Assembly: GCF_964355755.1 (NCBI RefSeq)
Contig: NC_092673.1
Location: 27,835,648 to 27,899,647 of the forward strand
DNA length: 64,000 bases
Reading direction: 5' to 3'
From: Antedon mediterranea
Taxonomy: Eukaryota > Animalia > Echinodermata
Shown here: positions 15,301 through 28,800 of the stretch, in pieces
How positions within the stretch are numbered: the first letter of the stretch is position 1
Layout: every line of letters starts with the position of its first letter
Position numbers and translations under genes: made by a program
Notes under the pieces: model-generated
Told to the model about the DNA's origin: nothing
The model's input: only the letters and a program-made list of their open reading frames with translations
Databases searched by the model: none

Positions 15301-16986
15301 TTAAATCAAATTTATGATTTTCCCCGAATAGAGGTGGTTTTCAGAAATTGTTTTACATTATATAAACATATATACGTCGTAGTGATGTATCGTTACATGT
15401 ACTGTACTATTTCAATCGACTATGACGGTGATAGTTTCAACAAAGTATTAAATCGCAATGTTTTACTGTGTTTAGTGGTATATTATTTGTAAAACATGAA
15501 AACAATTAATATTTCGTTAATAAATGGGTAAAGAATATATTTAAAAAGTGTTCCTCTTTGCACCCATCCTCTTCCCCATCCCTCAACCCAAATGTTACAT
15601 ACAAAACACAATTTAAGTTTGTTTAAATTTGACTTAAACAATTGGTCTCATTTTGTGACAAATTTCTCTTTCGGAAGTAATTCCCAGGGTACTAATTTTA
15701 CAGTACATAAATCACAGTGTCTATTTATTCGTTCCTGTAAACGACATGTATTATTGTCCTGCGGTACGTACATTTGAAATCGCCAGTTTTTTTAACGCTC
15801 AAATTATTATGTATTCGAGAACCATCTGTGGGCACGACCTAGATGGTACGCGAGCGAAGCGAGCGTACCATCTAGTCAGTATAAATTACTTTCATTTGTT
15901 GTAATTCAATGTAAACACAATATTGTTTGTATGCTACAATAATGCTCTGTACCGTATACTGAATGTCTCTAGAAGCAGTAGTGCCAGTATGATGTTTATT
16001 GAACATGGTGTCCCTTCCTTTAATAAGTATGTGAGAAAATCTATCGATAGTTTCATTCAACGTATGTTGATAAGTTGCAATATTCTTGTTGCTTGTGTTT
16101 GCAAACATATGCTGCATAACTCAAAAATGTATTGTAGATGGAGAAGTATGCTATATATTTCAGCTTAGTGTTTGCAAATTTTTTTTTTTTCTGTTTGCAT
16201 ATTTGTTGATATGGATGAAATTTTCCAAAAAATTGAATTGAGTATAGATTTAGACTTTTAAAATCCTGTAAACTTAGTACATACTGTACTCCAACAGATC
16301 TTAAAGACACTAGACCTTTGTTTTTTTTACCTAACTTACGGTCACACTACATTTTATTTTAAAATGAATACTATATGGACCTATTGCAATAATGTTTTCA
16401 TCTTTACACGGAGGAAAAAAGTTGATTCTAATAATTTAAGCGGCCCGCTATAAATACTAGAATGCATCGCGTGCGGATTGATATTTTCATATTGTAATGT
16501 GGCGCACCAATCACTTTGATCGATTGTGAAATGGTAATCAAATAATAAAATGGTAACTTTTTAGTGAAAATACCTGGTCTTCCCTAGTTTGTATTAACGG
16601 ATTCTATCAAAAAAGGAAAGACAATTATTTCAGCAACGTCAGGCTACGCCTATAGCTTAGTTTACCAGCTACAAAACAAGCCTAGCTTCTGTACTGTAGT
16701 TTTATTTTGGATTTTATGTATTTCAGGACATGTAACAAATTTGTTATTAGATTTAGAAGTATTTTTTTAAATTTTTTCTTTTTATCTCAAATCCTTTAAA
16801 CTTTAGCCATCTGCAAAAAGACACAGAGGTAACGATGATGAAAACAAGTTGCGAAAACTGACAACACAGCTACAAGAATGTATAACAAAAGTACAAGGCT
16901 GGAAGCAGGAAACTGGGATACTACCAGATTGGTTCAGACAGGATGTAAAAGACATATCTAAACAATTAACAGATATCTGTAGCTGA
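334..16986 (+). CDS. FIRRM: FIRRM / C1orf112 homolog (FIGNL1-interacting regulator of recombination and mitosis), 5'-truncated by window edge
   Basis: Hand-spliced exons with AG/GT ends and continuous frame: 334-471, 820-982, 1362-1489, 1913-2211, 2404-2552, 2960-3130, 3352-3580, 3680-3827, 7177-7362, 8213-8404, 8802-8915, 9293-9430, 9899-9979, 11330-11458, 16807-16986 (TGA). Peptides LPPSAVHIIKQSFEHCK, STWKFLVK, ELSLPVQL, IDLWCFLARYGTAEVC, FSDFAE and EPSAKR...LPDWF match my recollection of vertebrate C1orf112 (LPSSVLHIIKSTFVHCK, DAWCFLARYGTAELC, EPAAKR..PAWL). Confidence 0.92.
2586..2885. mobile_element. Kolobok-like non-autonomous element (related copies about 4162-4485 and 57460-57625)
   Basis: Ends resemble TTAA-AGATGTATTGTCCC ... 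GGGACAATACATCT-TTAA. All three copies share internal CACTTTG(A/T)CCAAAAA...TTTACCTGAAAA...AAAGCAAAAA blocks. Confidence 0.55.
5151..5379 (-). mobile_element. Short non-autonomous Helitron-like element
   Basis: The minus strand starts A|TCTATATAA (5379) and ends with the hairpin CGTCCAGTGGACG followed by CTAG|T (5151). Confidence 0.5.
6239..6399. mobile_element. MITE family A copy
   Basis: TAA TSD, both TIRs intact. Confidence 0.85.
8582..8753. mobile_element. PIF/Harbinger-type MITE family A (representative full copy; >20 copies in window)
   Basis: TAA TSD and TIR AGCTCTGTCTACACTATCAAAC / GTTTGATAGTGTAGACAGAGCT. Other full or partial copies are at about 1-33, 128-290, 1785-1881, 3206-3330, 3880-4007, 6239-6399, 6790-6967, 9008-9137, 17392-17514, 20120-20282, 25670-25813, 29529-29686, 30009-30130, 40845-40985, 51437-51598, 53538-53666, 54181-54317, 54831-54962, 57028-57189, 58989-59172 and 61449-61611. 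Confidence 0.85.
10073..10395. mobile_element. MITE family B, longer variant
   Basis: TAA TSD; AGCGTGGTTTCCACT ... AGTGGGAACCACACT. Confidence 0.75.
10572..11225. mobile_element. Tc1/mariner-superfamily MITE
   Basis: TA TSD, a perfect ~25-bp TIR CCGTACTGACGCGGGTATAAGCCCA / TGGGCTTATACCCGCGTCAGTACGG, and internal CGGGTATAAGCCCACCC subrepeats. CpG-rich and young-looking. Confidence 0.85.
12546..13884 (-). pseudogene. Disrupted TRIM-NHL-like gene (B-box, coiled coil, filamin, NHL repeats) nested antisense in the last FIRRM intron
   Basis: On the minus strand, tttag|ATG at 13884 is followed by B-box-like CATHDDKRLKFFCITCKKSRCKEC and a helical region with an in-frame TAA and frameshifts. Next is filamin-like FVVAVK...LKSSSGEKADISIDHQGSGEYKIT...(frameshift)EITVGTFPIKKSP. 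NHL-like GAAVNPDGYLLVS, GQIVYSD and SIGQGILKYPAGVTVNQETRILYVADRE follow. No introns inside. Confidence 0.8.
14420..15875 (+). mobile_element. Non-autonomous Helitron (~1.45 kb)
   Basis: The 5' end is A|TCTATATATAAA at 14420. The 3' end has the hairpin CTAGATGGTACGC-GAGCGAAGCGA-GCGTACCATCTAG and ends CTAG|T at 15875. It is inserted between A and T with no TSD. Confidence 0.7.
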
Positions 16987-17639
16987 CATCCGACTTGACT
17001 GCCCACAGGTATGGACTTTAAATATGTACTATTTTGACTTTTTATCACAGAGCTGTGTACTGGACATTTAACCATGTTTATGACAGTATGGTTCTTCATC
17101 CCTGAAATTTATTTTGATTTGCTGAATTGTGGGTCTTGCTAAATAGTGTTCTGTCTGTATATGTATCCTCCAATACAGAGGTAATGGAGAGGTGAAAAAT
17201 GATCAAAGCTAACTCAATGATTTTATGAATTATTGAACAAAATGGTAGTACAGCTATTGAGATTGACAATGATACTGTGATTGAGTCCAAATTTCTTTTT
17301 AACCTTTATTTTTCTTTTACTTATGTTTGTTAAAGTTGGCTGAAATAAAAAATCCAAATATCTAACGTCATGGTCTTGGAAGCAACGTTAAAGCTCTGTT
17401 GACACTATCAAACTAGTTTGGCAAAAAAGTGTGATGTTGCCAAGTATGGTAGTGATATGAAATCATCATGTCCTAATATGGGCACATCACAAGTTTGATA
17501 GTGTTGACAGAGCTTTACAGAGATGAGCACAAGTGTATGATTCTTTTATTCTATATTTAAAGATTCTATTGTATATAAAACAAAAGTTTAATAACTTAAC
17601 AAAATGAAATGTTGTTGCCAAAGACTTGCACATGTTTAA

Positions 17640-17831
17640 AGGGTCTTTCACACCTATTCCGGCACAGTTCCGTTCCGGTGCCGACAAATTCAATCGATGT
17701 TACGTTTTTATGCGGCTACGCGCATATCGATTGGCGCATATAGCCGCGTGGAGCGTCGTGAAAACGAAACATTGAGGTTCATGTTCGATTCGCCGGATGG
17801 GAACCATGCCGGAACAGGTGTGAAAGACCCT
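17640..17831. mobile_element. PIF/Harbinger-type MITE
   Basis: TAA TSD; TIR AGGGTCTTTCACACCT / AGGTGTGAAAGACCCT. Confidence 0.8.
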
Positions 17832-18079
17832 TAACTTATTATTTTATACTTTAAAAATAAAATTAAATAAAATGCAAGATTTGTTTTTTTGAAATGCAAT
17901 GGTTTTTGCATTTATTCTAGTAATATGTATACATATATTTTGTTTTTTTTAACTAAAAAATTAGGATAATATTTAAGACTACATTAGTTCTAAACTTCCA
18001 AAATATTATCTATTTAGATAATTTTACCCAAAATCAAATGTACTCAGGCACTCTGGTCATACTTATCCAATCCAACTTA

Positions 18080-18262
18080 AGGCCACAATTTACTCAGCCG
18101 AGCGGTAACGGTATTAAAAATATAGAATGATATTCTTTATGATCATTTACACACAACGCTGAGTGAACGGGTGGTTTCCGCTCAAGATAGATACAGATTC
18201 TAAGTGGGACAAGCTACTCGGTTTTTCGCTTACCATTACCACTCGTCTGTGTAAATTGGCCT
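18080..18262. mobile_element. Harbinger-like MITE (diverged)
   Basis: AGGCCACAATTTAC ... GTAAATTGGCCT flanked by TTA/TAA. Confidence 0.55.
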
Positions 18263-18781
18263 TAAAACATACTGTACTGTAGCCTACTATGGAAGTTGTT
18301 TAAATTAATGGTTCTATTGAATATCCGAAAAGGAGGCCAACAAAGAGCATGAATTCTTAGGACGTCGTAATATGGAGGATGTGGTTACCATTTTACTTAT
18401 AGGTTAGATTGAAAATCTAGCATGAATCAAGATTTTATCTTCGTTTCATCTCTAGAGGTACTGTCTAGTCTTGTGGCTTCCCACTTCTGATCTAAAATGT
18501 CGTGTTTCGAATCCCTCTGGAAGTTGTATAGCCCTGGAGGAAACAAAAACATGTCTACAGGGCTGACGCAAACATGAGCAATGTTATGTTGTCCAGTAGG
18601 CCTACAACCCTGTTTGCGCTATGATGATGTCGTGTTAAATGTAACGTTGTCATGTACATTGTGTGAATATGTGTTGATAAGATGTACAGTTAAATACACG
18701 GTTTCTAAAATAAAAGTCTTCCAATACTGTAACACTTGTCCCAAAGTAGGGAATTTTAGACGCATAGCGCCTATTTTATGT

Positions 18782-18950
18782 GTGGTACCTAATTGCTCGT
18801 GGTACCTAATTGCGGGGTTACTTAATTGCGGGGTTACCTAATTGCGTGTGGTACCTAATTGCGCATGGTACCTAATCGCGGGTGGTACCTAATTGCGGTG
18901 TTACCTATTTGCGCGCGGCACCTATTATTGCGCAGGGTACCAAATTGCGT
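18782..18950. repeat. Minisatellite, 17-18 bp unit GTGGTACCTAATTGCG
   Basis: About 9 adjacent copies. Confidence 0.85.
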
Positions 18951-21900
18951 AAATTTATAATAGTAAGTTAACAAAATAAGCAATATTGCTCTTGATGTCT
19001 CGATTCGATTTACCTTGAAAGCAAAAGAAAAACTGTTTTCAATATGTAGGAACTTAGTACTAGGTGACTAGTACATATTTTCATCATGCGTCCGTGGTAG
19101 GCGCCCACAGTACAGGACGTATGGATATCTGTATAATTATATAAATTCAAAGGCAAATTACTGAAAAAAATTACATGATGCTGTGGATATCAGTGGCTGT
19201 ATCTAAATTCAGATACAAAATAAAATAAGCACTGAATAATGACAATGTTGTGGGTATCAGTGGCTGAATCTCAATGGAGATACAAAATAAAATAAGTAAA
19301 AAGCTAAATCAAAACGAAAAAGCAAAACAGCCAGAAAAATTAGCAGAGCTTTCGTGCAACACTAGCCCTTAACAGTGCAACACTTATATATGTACCGGTA
19401 TGTTAGTAGCCTATAAGGTGAATTGCGAGCAATTGGGTGGAAGTAACGGCTACCCAAGTGGTCCTTGTTTATCTTTGATTTGTCGTTTTAGGAAAAGACT
19501 AAGTTTATTTAATAAACAATGATAGTAATAAATTGTAGCTTCTTTGGGTGTAACGACATCTTTATCGACACTGGTTTGTGCGAATTTTTAAAATGTAATT
19601 TCCCGTTAATATGACCAATTAACCCAGTTCCATGTTATTAGTTGTGCCAATACATCTAATATAGAACTCATTATTTGGTAGTTTATATATCTCATAAAAT
19701 ACTACTGTACAATACCCTTTGTTTCCATTTCAAGGAATTGTAGATACATAATTATAATAATTATAATATGTAATGCGAGTACAAGACGTGATGCCTCCAA
19801 AATAATTAGGTCTCTTTATCGCAGCAAGAAACGTCACAGAAAATAGAGGGCAAACTTTCCCCCCCCAACACTTTTGAGTGCTAGCTACAATATGTTACAT
19901 TTTGTAAGATTTGTGTACGTGTGAATCGGTTGTTCACGGAATAGCCCCCGTGTGATTCCAAATTAAATTTGTCTGTTGCATTTGAATTGCGGTTTTGTTT
20001 AATAATCACATAGTTTTCATTCAATTGCTATAAAGCTCTTAATGGTCAATTATGAACGTCATCAAATCCCTGATAAGTGTACAATTGCTTTCCCTCCTAC
20101 GGTAATATCAACAATCTTAAGCACTGTCTACACTATCAAACTAGTTTGACAAAAAAAGTGTGATGTGCCTAAATATAGGGATATTCCCAAATATATATAT
20201 ATATATAGTTATAGTGATATGACATCATCGCGTCCATATATGGGCACATTACATTTTTTGTCACATTAGTGTAGACAGCGCTTTCCAAGATACCCTGATG
20301 AACGTTCGATGTCTCCGTCAAGAGGCCCGGGCCCTGCTTGGGTTTCCTTCGGTGTAGTCTTTCAGACTGGTTACGTACTTTAAAACCATAATTACCACAT
20401 ATGGTGACATCCTTTCATAGCGATAGGTCGATGCCAATATGTCAAGTACAAAATTGATATGTTTCAGAATATTATCTGACATTAATGTGGATTTAAGGAG
20501 TTATAAATAAAATACAAGGCTAGGCTACGAATTCATTTTATAGACAGTTTTCAAATATAATAATTGTGCTTTTCTATGTGCTGTATTGAAATACAATATA
20601 TTTAAGCTTAATTTCCACTAGGACGCAACGCGCAAGAACGCAGACGCAACGTACTTGCGCAGTGCCATGAGAACATACGGTACCCTTGCGAGTCAGAGAT
20701 GGAATCCGGTGGTTCAATTTGTCGTAAGAGGGGCATGTGAAATTCATAGAAGAGCAGTTTTCTAACGTTGCTTGCCTCGGTTTATTGCGTTAGTACGTTA
20801 CGAAAGAATTTTTTTTTTACAGTGGGAACCAAGCTTTATCACAAGAATTCGGATGATCCATCGCGTCGATTGGTCAAATTACTTGCATTGCTCAAGATTA
20901 CGTCATGAATACCTAGAGTCCTAGTGGGAACCAATCTTTAAAAACGTGAAAACCCACAATCATGTTTCACTTGATACATACACTAATGCACCTTTGAACT
21001 GTGGTGCACTCACAAAGTACAATACCTAACCGATAAATAAGCAGAATGTTTAATTACAGGTATACATGATTTCCCATACCAATTACTATTTTAACGCAAT
21101 CCTCACAAATTTATAATGAAAACATCGCCATGACTAAAAGAAATCAAGGGATAAATTATACGACTGTTTAATTTTCCCCATTTACATTTTTCAGTATTTA
21201 CTGTTTAGGCATACAGTATATGCAGTGGCGTGACGGCTATGAGCGCTCACTGGCTAAACCCAGGGGCCCGGGTTTTATGAGGGCACCTGAGCAGTGTCCA
21301 AGAGAAAAACAGGCATTAAAACATTAAAACACCCGAGGCCTCCAGCGTTGGAGGACCACTTGGGGTTCTTAAGCCAAGGGCCTCCACTGAGTATTATGTA
21401 CAATAATCGTAAACCACTCATCCGGTGTCTCTTGTTTCTAAATTTGTCCCCCCCCCCCCCCCTCTTTGGGTAATTGAAGAAGCTGGAATAAAAATTAATT
21501 GTTTAGGTTATGGTAGAAATAGAATGACTAAGCAATGAATGTAATGTGTTAATACGTGGTGTTTTTTAACTGTCAAAACGAATTAGTTTTAATTCTGACA
21601 CGGATGTTGCATTACACCCATCACTAATGTATCGTATAAGTATCGTTTATCAGTGTAAAAAATAAGAACAACCACTAAGGGGTTAAGCTAGGCCTCTGTT
21701 ATCCAGAAAGGAACTTAGCTGATTGATGTTGACACAGGCTATCGAGAACTTGGGGGCTTGCGTTTAATCGTTCGTTCTTCGTTTTACTTTTTCTTGTACT
21801 TTAGAGGCCTAACCAAAATAGATTATTAGAAAATTTAACGTATTGGACAGAAACACACAAATTTTAATAATTTAAGTACGTCAACCTTGAATAGTGAAGT

Positions 21901-22842
21901 ACGGTACGTTACTTTTAAATCTATCTGATATGTATTTTCTTCAGTAGGCATTTTTGATTATTATAGATATAGCTAGCTAAAACATAATAATTAATCATGT
22001 ATGATAATTAACTATTATTATGAAATACTGTATTAATATTACTCTGTTGTATTAATAATGTATATACCTTTTATATCGTACGTCCCAAAGGCCAAGTCAC
22101 AAATTAGTAACATAAGTCGGCAACTAAACGGAATTGCGCTGCTGTAAAAGTGTTGTTGTAGATTGTAGTAGGCCTACATCAGGCCCAATCTTGGAGGGGG
22201 AAACCGATTAGGGGGAAAACATCGCTTCCGGAGAAACAATACTCTCGGGACACAAAAAAGATCAAAGCGTATTTTGCCCCGATAACACATTACGTCTGTT
22301 TTATTTAAATCCAGTAACGGTTAATAAGTTGAATATTTCCGCCAATATGCTAATAGTGATTACATTATTTTGATTGATTTTTATTCGACGATTCCATTTT
22401 TACGGTAGTGTATTTCCTTGTATAGCTTATAGAAGTCACCCCTATTTTGTAAATAGACTACACCGTGCGTGACACACAAACCTCTGAAATGGTTAGAACA
22501 TTTTGATGACACGCCTTCATCCCTAATTTGTTAATCGACGATTCCGTTGTAAAAAAGTTCTTTCGGCTCAGCTGATAGCTTCATTAGACTTTCGGTGAAG
22601 AGACAGACAGACAGACATTGCAGTGGTAGGCTGCATATCAATAAAATAAACGTGCATGTCCAATTCTTTATTACTGTTTGTTGAACAGTTCGTCTGCAGT
22701 TTTACTTGCTTTAATGCGGTATAATTTAAAGGAACTTGTGTCGAGGATATTTTGCCGGTTGGAAATGATGTACATTTAGCCGCCAATCAAGTTTACCGTC
22801 TGTTTTTCATAAGGAACCGGTAACGCCACTGATACGGTCACG

Positions 22843-25800
22843 ATGGTGAATTACGCTAGAGATACAGTTTACCTTGTTGGATTGTTGAGTCTTTTCGTCG
22901 TCGGCTCAGAATGCTACCTTCATCATGCTGGGTAAGTTCAACCATTTTTTTCTTTGTTAATTCAAGGTTATTGCTTATATCAATGCTGACGTTTTGATGT
23001 CTTTCCTTTCTTGAGAATAGGTATTAGGCCTATTAGTACCTATTAGGAAATCGTTCGCGTGCAGTGGACCTTGTCGCGTGTAGTGCTACTCTATTGAAAC
23101 AAGATGTAACATAATGACGTCATCACAACATGATTAAACTCGTATAATGTACCTATAAATAGGTCCATGATGTAACTTCCATAAATTGAATACAAATTTA
23201 CCGAGATACGAGATAATTTTTTTTATTGACATTTATATAGCAATAATAGCAATAGCAAACATATTAGTAAATGTGTTTTTAATCAATATTTTTGTTTAGA
23301 TTAGTTTGTTTGTTTTTTTTCGCAAATCTGTACCGAAATTCAAAGAATTCCATGGGAATGTTATCCCCTTATACAAAAAAGTCTGTGTGAATATCTAGAC
23401 ACTTCACATGTTTGTCATACAGAGAATCGAAGAAGGCCCTTGTCATTGTCACTTAAATGTCATTTTAAATTGTCGCCGTGTCAGAGATCAAGCTGTGGTG
23501 ATCTTCGCCAACTGGGCGGGTTGTTAAATCGACAAGAAGCTCATTCCAATCACATTCAGTCTGTGACATTGCGAAGAGACACAGAATATGACAATGACAT
23601 GTCCATTATTGTCGCATATAGTGTTCGCGCGAGCCAAATACGTATATTCGGGTGTCATTGGCAATTCATTTTTGTAAACTTTCAAGGTTATTTTGTTTGA
23701 AAATAAAAATAAAATGTTCCTGGTGATTGCGAAATGAATAAAGTTAAATTATCATCCGTTTTAAATAGACGTTTGAACAATGTAGGCCTATATAAATGTA
23801 GATTGTCACTAACCACCCTCTTGGAAGCTTACAGTGTTTAAAGACTTATTTTACTTGTTCATTGAACTATCAACGGTTTTGTAACAGTATTGGTTATGTT
23901 GGTTAACAGTGTTGGTTATATTGGTTAACAGTGTTGGTTATGTTGGTTAACAGTGTTAGTTATGTTGGTTAACAGTGTTGGTTGTTGGTTGACAGTGTTG
24001 TTTATATTGGTTAACAGTGTTGGTTATGTTTGTTAACAATGTTGGTTATTGGTTAACAGTTTTGGATGTTGGTTAACAGTGTTGGTTATGTTTGTTAACA
24101 ATGTTGGTTATGTTCGGACTGTAATGTTCGGAAGGTTAAAACCAAGTCTCTGAAATTGTGATTTGAAAATTGTCAACCCGCAAATTGTGTTTTGATTTTT
24201 CACTATTTTTCTTTACTATTCTGCACTTTTGTTTTAGATAAGTTATTATCTAATTAAATTTCAACGACTCTTAAAGTAATTTAATGTTTTATGAGTACTA
24301 ATTCAGATGGGAATAGAAAGAGAAAGTTCCGTCGTGGCAAAACTTTTTTTTGTTTACGATATTTTGACAGCGTGGCATTAACACGGTGGTTGAGGCAACC
24401 TGATATCGACGTAGGCCTACAAGTTGAACATTTGAAGATAATAATGTTTGACATAGCAGCAGGTGTTTTTATTTACTCTCTTCATGTACGAGTGAAAATA
24501 CTTCAGAGTGAATTATCACTCTTTTGAGGATTGTGTTTAATGACCACTCTTAATTGAGTGAAATTGACTCTAGTTAACGATTTTCACTCCTCAGAAAGTG
24601 AACTTCATGAGATTGTCGGTATATTATTTCAGAAAATCTTAGAGATGTTTACTCTCTTAAGTTAAAGCGAGTGAAAATACACTTGAGAGTGAATATTGTC
24701 ACTATTATGAGGATTTTTTTTAAGGACCGCTCTTAATAAAGTGAAAGTCACTCTAGTTAACGATTTTTACTCCTTACAAAGTGAATACTTCAATAGATTA
24801 CACCATCACCACCACCCACCCATGTTTTTGGCATATATCTTGTCTTATTAATACATCGACGTCGTGCCCTTCACCAATTATAGTTATTGTGCCCTTTTAT
24901 GGATGAAAATTAATTCGGAAAATATAGAAGTGAAAAGATAGGATGAAACCCATAAGGTTGATTGTATACCACTTCCAATGAGGTTAGAATAAGATAACCA
25001 TTGCCTTTCCAGCTTTTATTAATATAGGCTTATGACATTTAACATATGACATTTCTATGTACTTTGGTATGTGGAAATGGTTTATATAGGCCAATGGTAT
25101 ACAGAGGTGACGTATGTAGGTTTTCATATCATACCGTACGTCAGTTTCGTATTGTAATTTGTACGTCGTTCGTTTTATTATCTGTTTATACATTTGTGTA
25201 TGTTGGACAAGGGAGCTATTACCATTCATATAAATGCATGTAAAATAGTTTGTGCATATCCGACTGTAGTCCCGAAAGCCGGATGATATACATACTGCGC
25301 CGTCATCGTATAGGCCAATCAACATACACGTTTCCCCTCGGATATCAATAGATTCTGCCTCCCTCAGATATCATGACGAGCTGTTTGATCATATTTTATA
25401 ATGTTATGACAGTACTTTGGAGTTTATTCCGAATAAGGGGTTTCTACGTTTCTTCTTCGATTAGTACCTTTATCGCACTCCCAATCACTCTATCCCTTGG
25501 GTAAAATATGCCTACCTTATGTCACAACATTACGTGGTAATAGGCCTATCCAAAAAAACAAAATCAAACAAAATAAGAACAGGTTGTTACTTGCGTACTC
25601 ATAAAACAAGAAACTTCATGTCATGGGCGGATCCATCCAAGATCTTCGCCCTTGGATGATGTGCTCTTGTGTCGTCTACACTATCAAACTTTATTTGACA
25701 AAAACATGTGATATGCCCATTTACGGACAGGATGATGTCATATCACTACCATATTTGGGCATCACTACCATTTGCGCACATCATACTTGTTTTTGTCAAA

Positions 25801-28800
25801 CTGTAGACAGATCTTAACAGTTACAATACAAGTCTCAATACAGGTCCCAAGTCTCTGCACATTGCCCAAAGTACACATCACACAGATTAAAGGAATTGCA
25901 CCTACACATATAAAATAATCAGGGCATCAAATTATGTTTTGCTTCTTATATAATAAATGGTGTATTGTCTACATTAAATGTCATTAGCATGTATTACATT
26001 ATGTATGTATTCACGAATTGAATTAGGTCAATCTATATGATTATATGCAGAACGTACAGTTGTTGAAGTGATCGTAAATGAGTACACAAACCGCAATTAG
26101 TTTGCATCCCGAATCAGCTGTTTATATATTTTAACCGTAATTGACTAATTGGATTATCATATCACAGAGGAATTAAATATTGGTTTAAATCCTAATATTA
26201 GATACGGTGATATACTGACTTCTAAACAAACCTGCGATGCATCGTCAGTTTTGTGTTGGGGTTTCCAGTACCAGAGTGTTGCTTTGCAAGCAATATTTTA
26301 GATTATATTGGAGTGAAGCTGCATCTTGGTGGTTAACGTGCTTGCCTTCCAGTCCAAAAGTTCAGGGTTCAATTCTCATCTGGTACCAGGGTGTAACTCA
26401 CGACTCTTTCAACTCCACTCCCGTATGAGCACGATAACTTATAAAATAGTTTATCCACGCAAAATATTGTGACAGGTACACTGTTAATACCTTTTTAAAT
26501 ACTAATATCATCTTGATTTTGATTTCAAATTTGATTGGCGTTCGATTGATACGAGGCGCCTCTTACTGCATAAATGTTTCCTCAATTTGCAATTCCACTC
26601 TAATTAGTGTTCGATTGATATGGGGCGCCGCTGAATGCATGAGGGTTTCCTCAATTCAGCATTCTTAAACATACTATTCTCCTTTGAAATTGATTTACGA
26701 GGCGCCGTTTCATTATTTACATTGTTAAAATTAGTAGAACAAGATAAACGAATTTTTTATGGTTATTGGCACGTGTGAGAATTCCGTGTAAATAAGCATT
26801 CGATTTTGAACTCTGTCTGACCGGATTTTGCAAGTTTCGGACACTCCGTTATAATTTAATGTTATGTTTTAGTAGCAGTGTATACTATTTATCCAACAGC
26901 TACATTTATCAGCATTCCTAGAGATCCGATCAATTGGATTAGTTCACTAATAATTTAATTATGTCTGTAGTTATTGTATTTCAATAATTTTTGGTCTGAA
27001 AATTCTAGCTCAAGTAGTATACGTATGAAACGTCATAATGTGCCGTTTATGCTATTTGTGCTATTTATCTTTTTACACTCCGTCTAGAACCTAGACTACA
27101 ACTTACCCAACGTCAGAGTTGAATAAATAATTTTCGTCATAGCATTGTTATTGTTTAAAAATGTTTTCCCAGATATTTATAGCATGGATGAATTTCCCCC
27201 ATGTTTATAGTAAATTAGTGTACCATCGGAACTGATCGAAAGTAGTAAGACTTTAAACAACTTGTTTACTATTTAAGTGAAATAAAAGCCAATGAGGCGT
27301 CTCTATGCCTGTCGAAAAGTTTTGTTTTTACTATAAAACATAACTTATTTTGCGATTGTAGATTAATGTCCTGGGCGTTGGTTGATATGTTTCAAGATTT
27401 ATATGTGAAATCGGATTTCATTCATCGTGTCACTCTTGAACTTTAAACAAATTATTTCTGTTCTCATTAATCGTGTAGCCATGGCCTATTATAAAACGTG
27501 TTAATTAAAACAAATTGAAACTCTTTTTTGAGGCTTTTTTAGCATTCTAAATCGTTGATGGATATTTACCCAAACCCTATCCATTTACTAGACACTGAAT
27601 GGCCATTTACTAGACCTGGGTATCATTTACTAGACCCTGGATATCCGTTTACAAGACCCTGGATGGCCATTTACTAGACCTTGGTATCATTTACTAGACC
27701 CTGGATATCCATTTACAAGACCCTGGATGGTCATTTACTAGACCCTGGATATCCATTTACTAGACCCTTGATGATCATTTACTTGAACCTAGATGGCCAT
27801 TTACTTGACCCTGGATCTGGATGGGCATTTACTAGACTATAGAGGCATTGTATGCCCTGCCATCCCTGGATATTGGATAACCATTTCCTTTACTCGTTAG
27901 CATTCTCAAACATTACTAAAACATGTTCAACCTCTTCCTTTTCTATGCAGTACCGTATAATATATCTAGAGCTGAGAAGCATTACACATGCTTAACAGGT
28001 GAAGTCGCTTCTCTGGCTTACAGGTGTCAGGGATCATTCCCTCGGGGTAAATTTTTGTCAGCTGCTTCGTATATTCGGCCTAGCTTAACAAATGATATCC
28101 GATGAGTGGGAATTCCGATTTTATTGTTGTTCATCTAGGTAATTTGAAATTGGATTTTAATAAATTTACAATCAAGAGGAATCTTATTAAAGTGCCGACA
28201 TAACGTTTAGACCAAAATTAATTGAACCAAATGACCCTCTCCGTGGGTAATCCTCGCAGATGGGATACAGTAACAAGTTATGATTTAATGTAATTAAGAC
28301 GAAATGCTTTCCTGTCGTTTTACATGCTGGGGTTTAAGAAGTGATTTCCCGGGCGGTTAATGGTAGGCTCAGGTCTAATTGAATCTTTACTAATTGATAT
28401 TAATGTATAATGATGGTTTGGAAATAAGGGACAATAAACTACGCATCAGGACGTATACTATATGAATACCATTATCAGTGGTATGCATTTCATCCTTTTG
28501 TGACGGCCTACATCGATTTTTTTGGCAAACATTGAAGACAGTGGTTAAATCTTCCGAATAAAAAGTGGTTTTTATTTATTTAGTTTCCTCCACTCCACCT
28601 CCCAGGATTGCATGGTCCACTGCCACCGGAACGATAGTCATAGGAAAGAGGAAAGGACCAAACTAAGAAGGTGTAGGCCTATATAAACAGTAGTTTTGCA
28701 TTTCAATAATTGCTTAAATGTAATTATTTGCAATATAACGAGATTTTCTCGTTGTGTCTCCGTACCCCGTCACCATCACTATATCATTCTTAGCCTACTT

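Noticed and set aside
20290-20380. CTGATGA as a hammerhead ribozyme core
   Set aside because: There is no helix II followed by GAAA and no closing stems.
26310-26400. tRNA gene
   Set aside because: The stems do not close into a cloverleaf. It is treated as a SINE head, as is the one at about 55735-55790.
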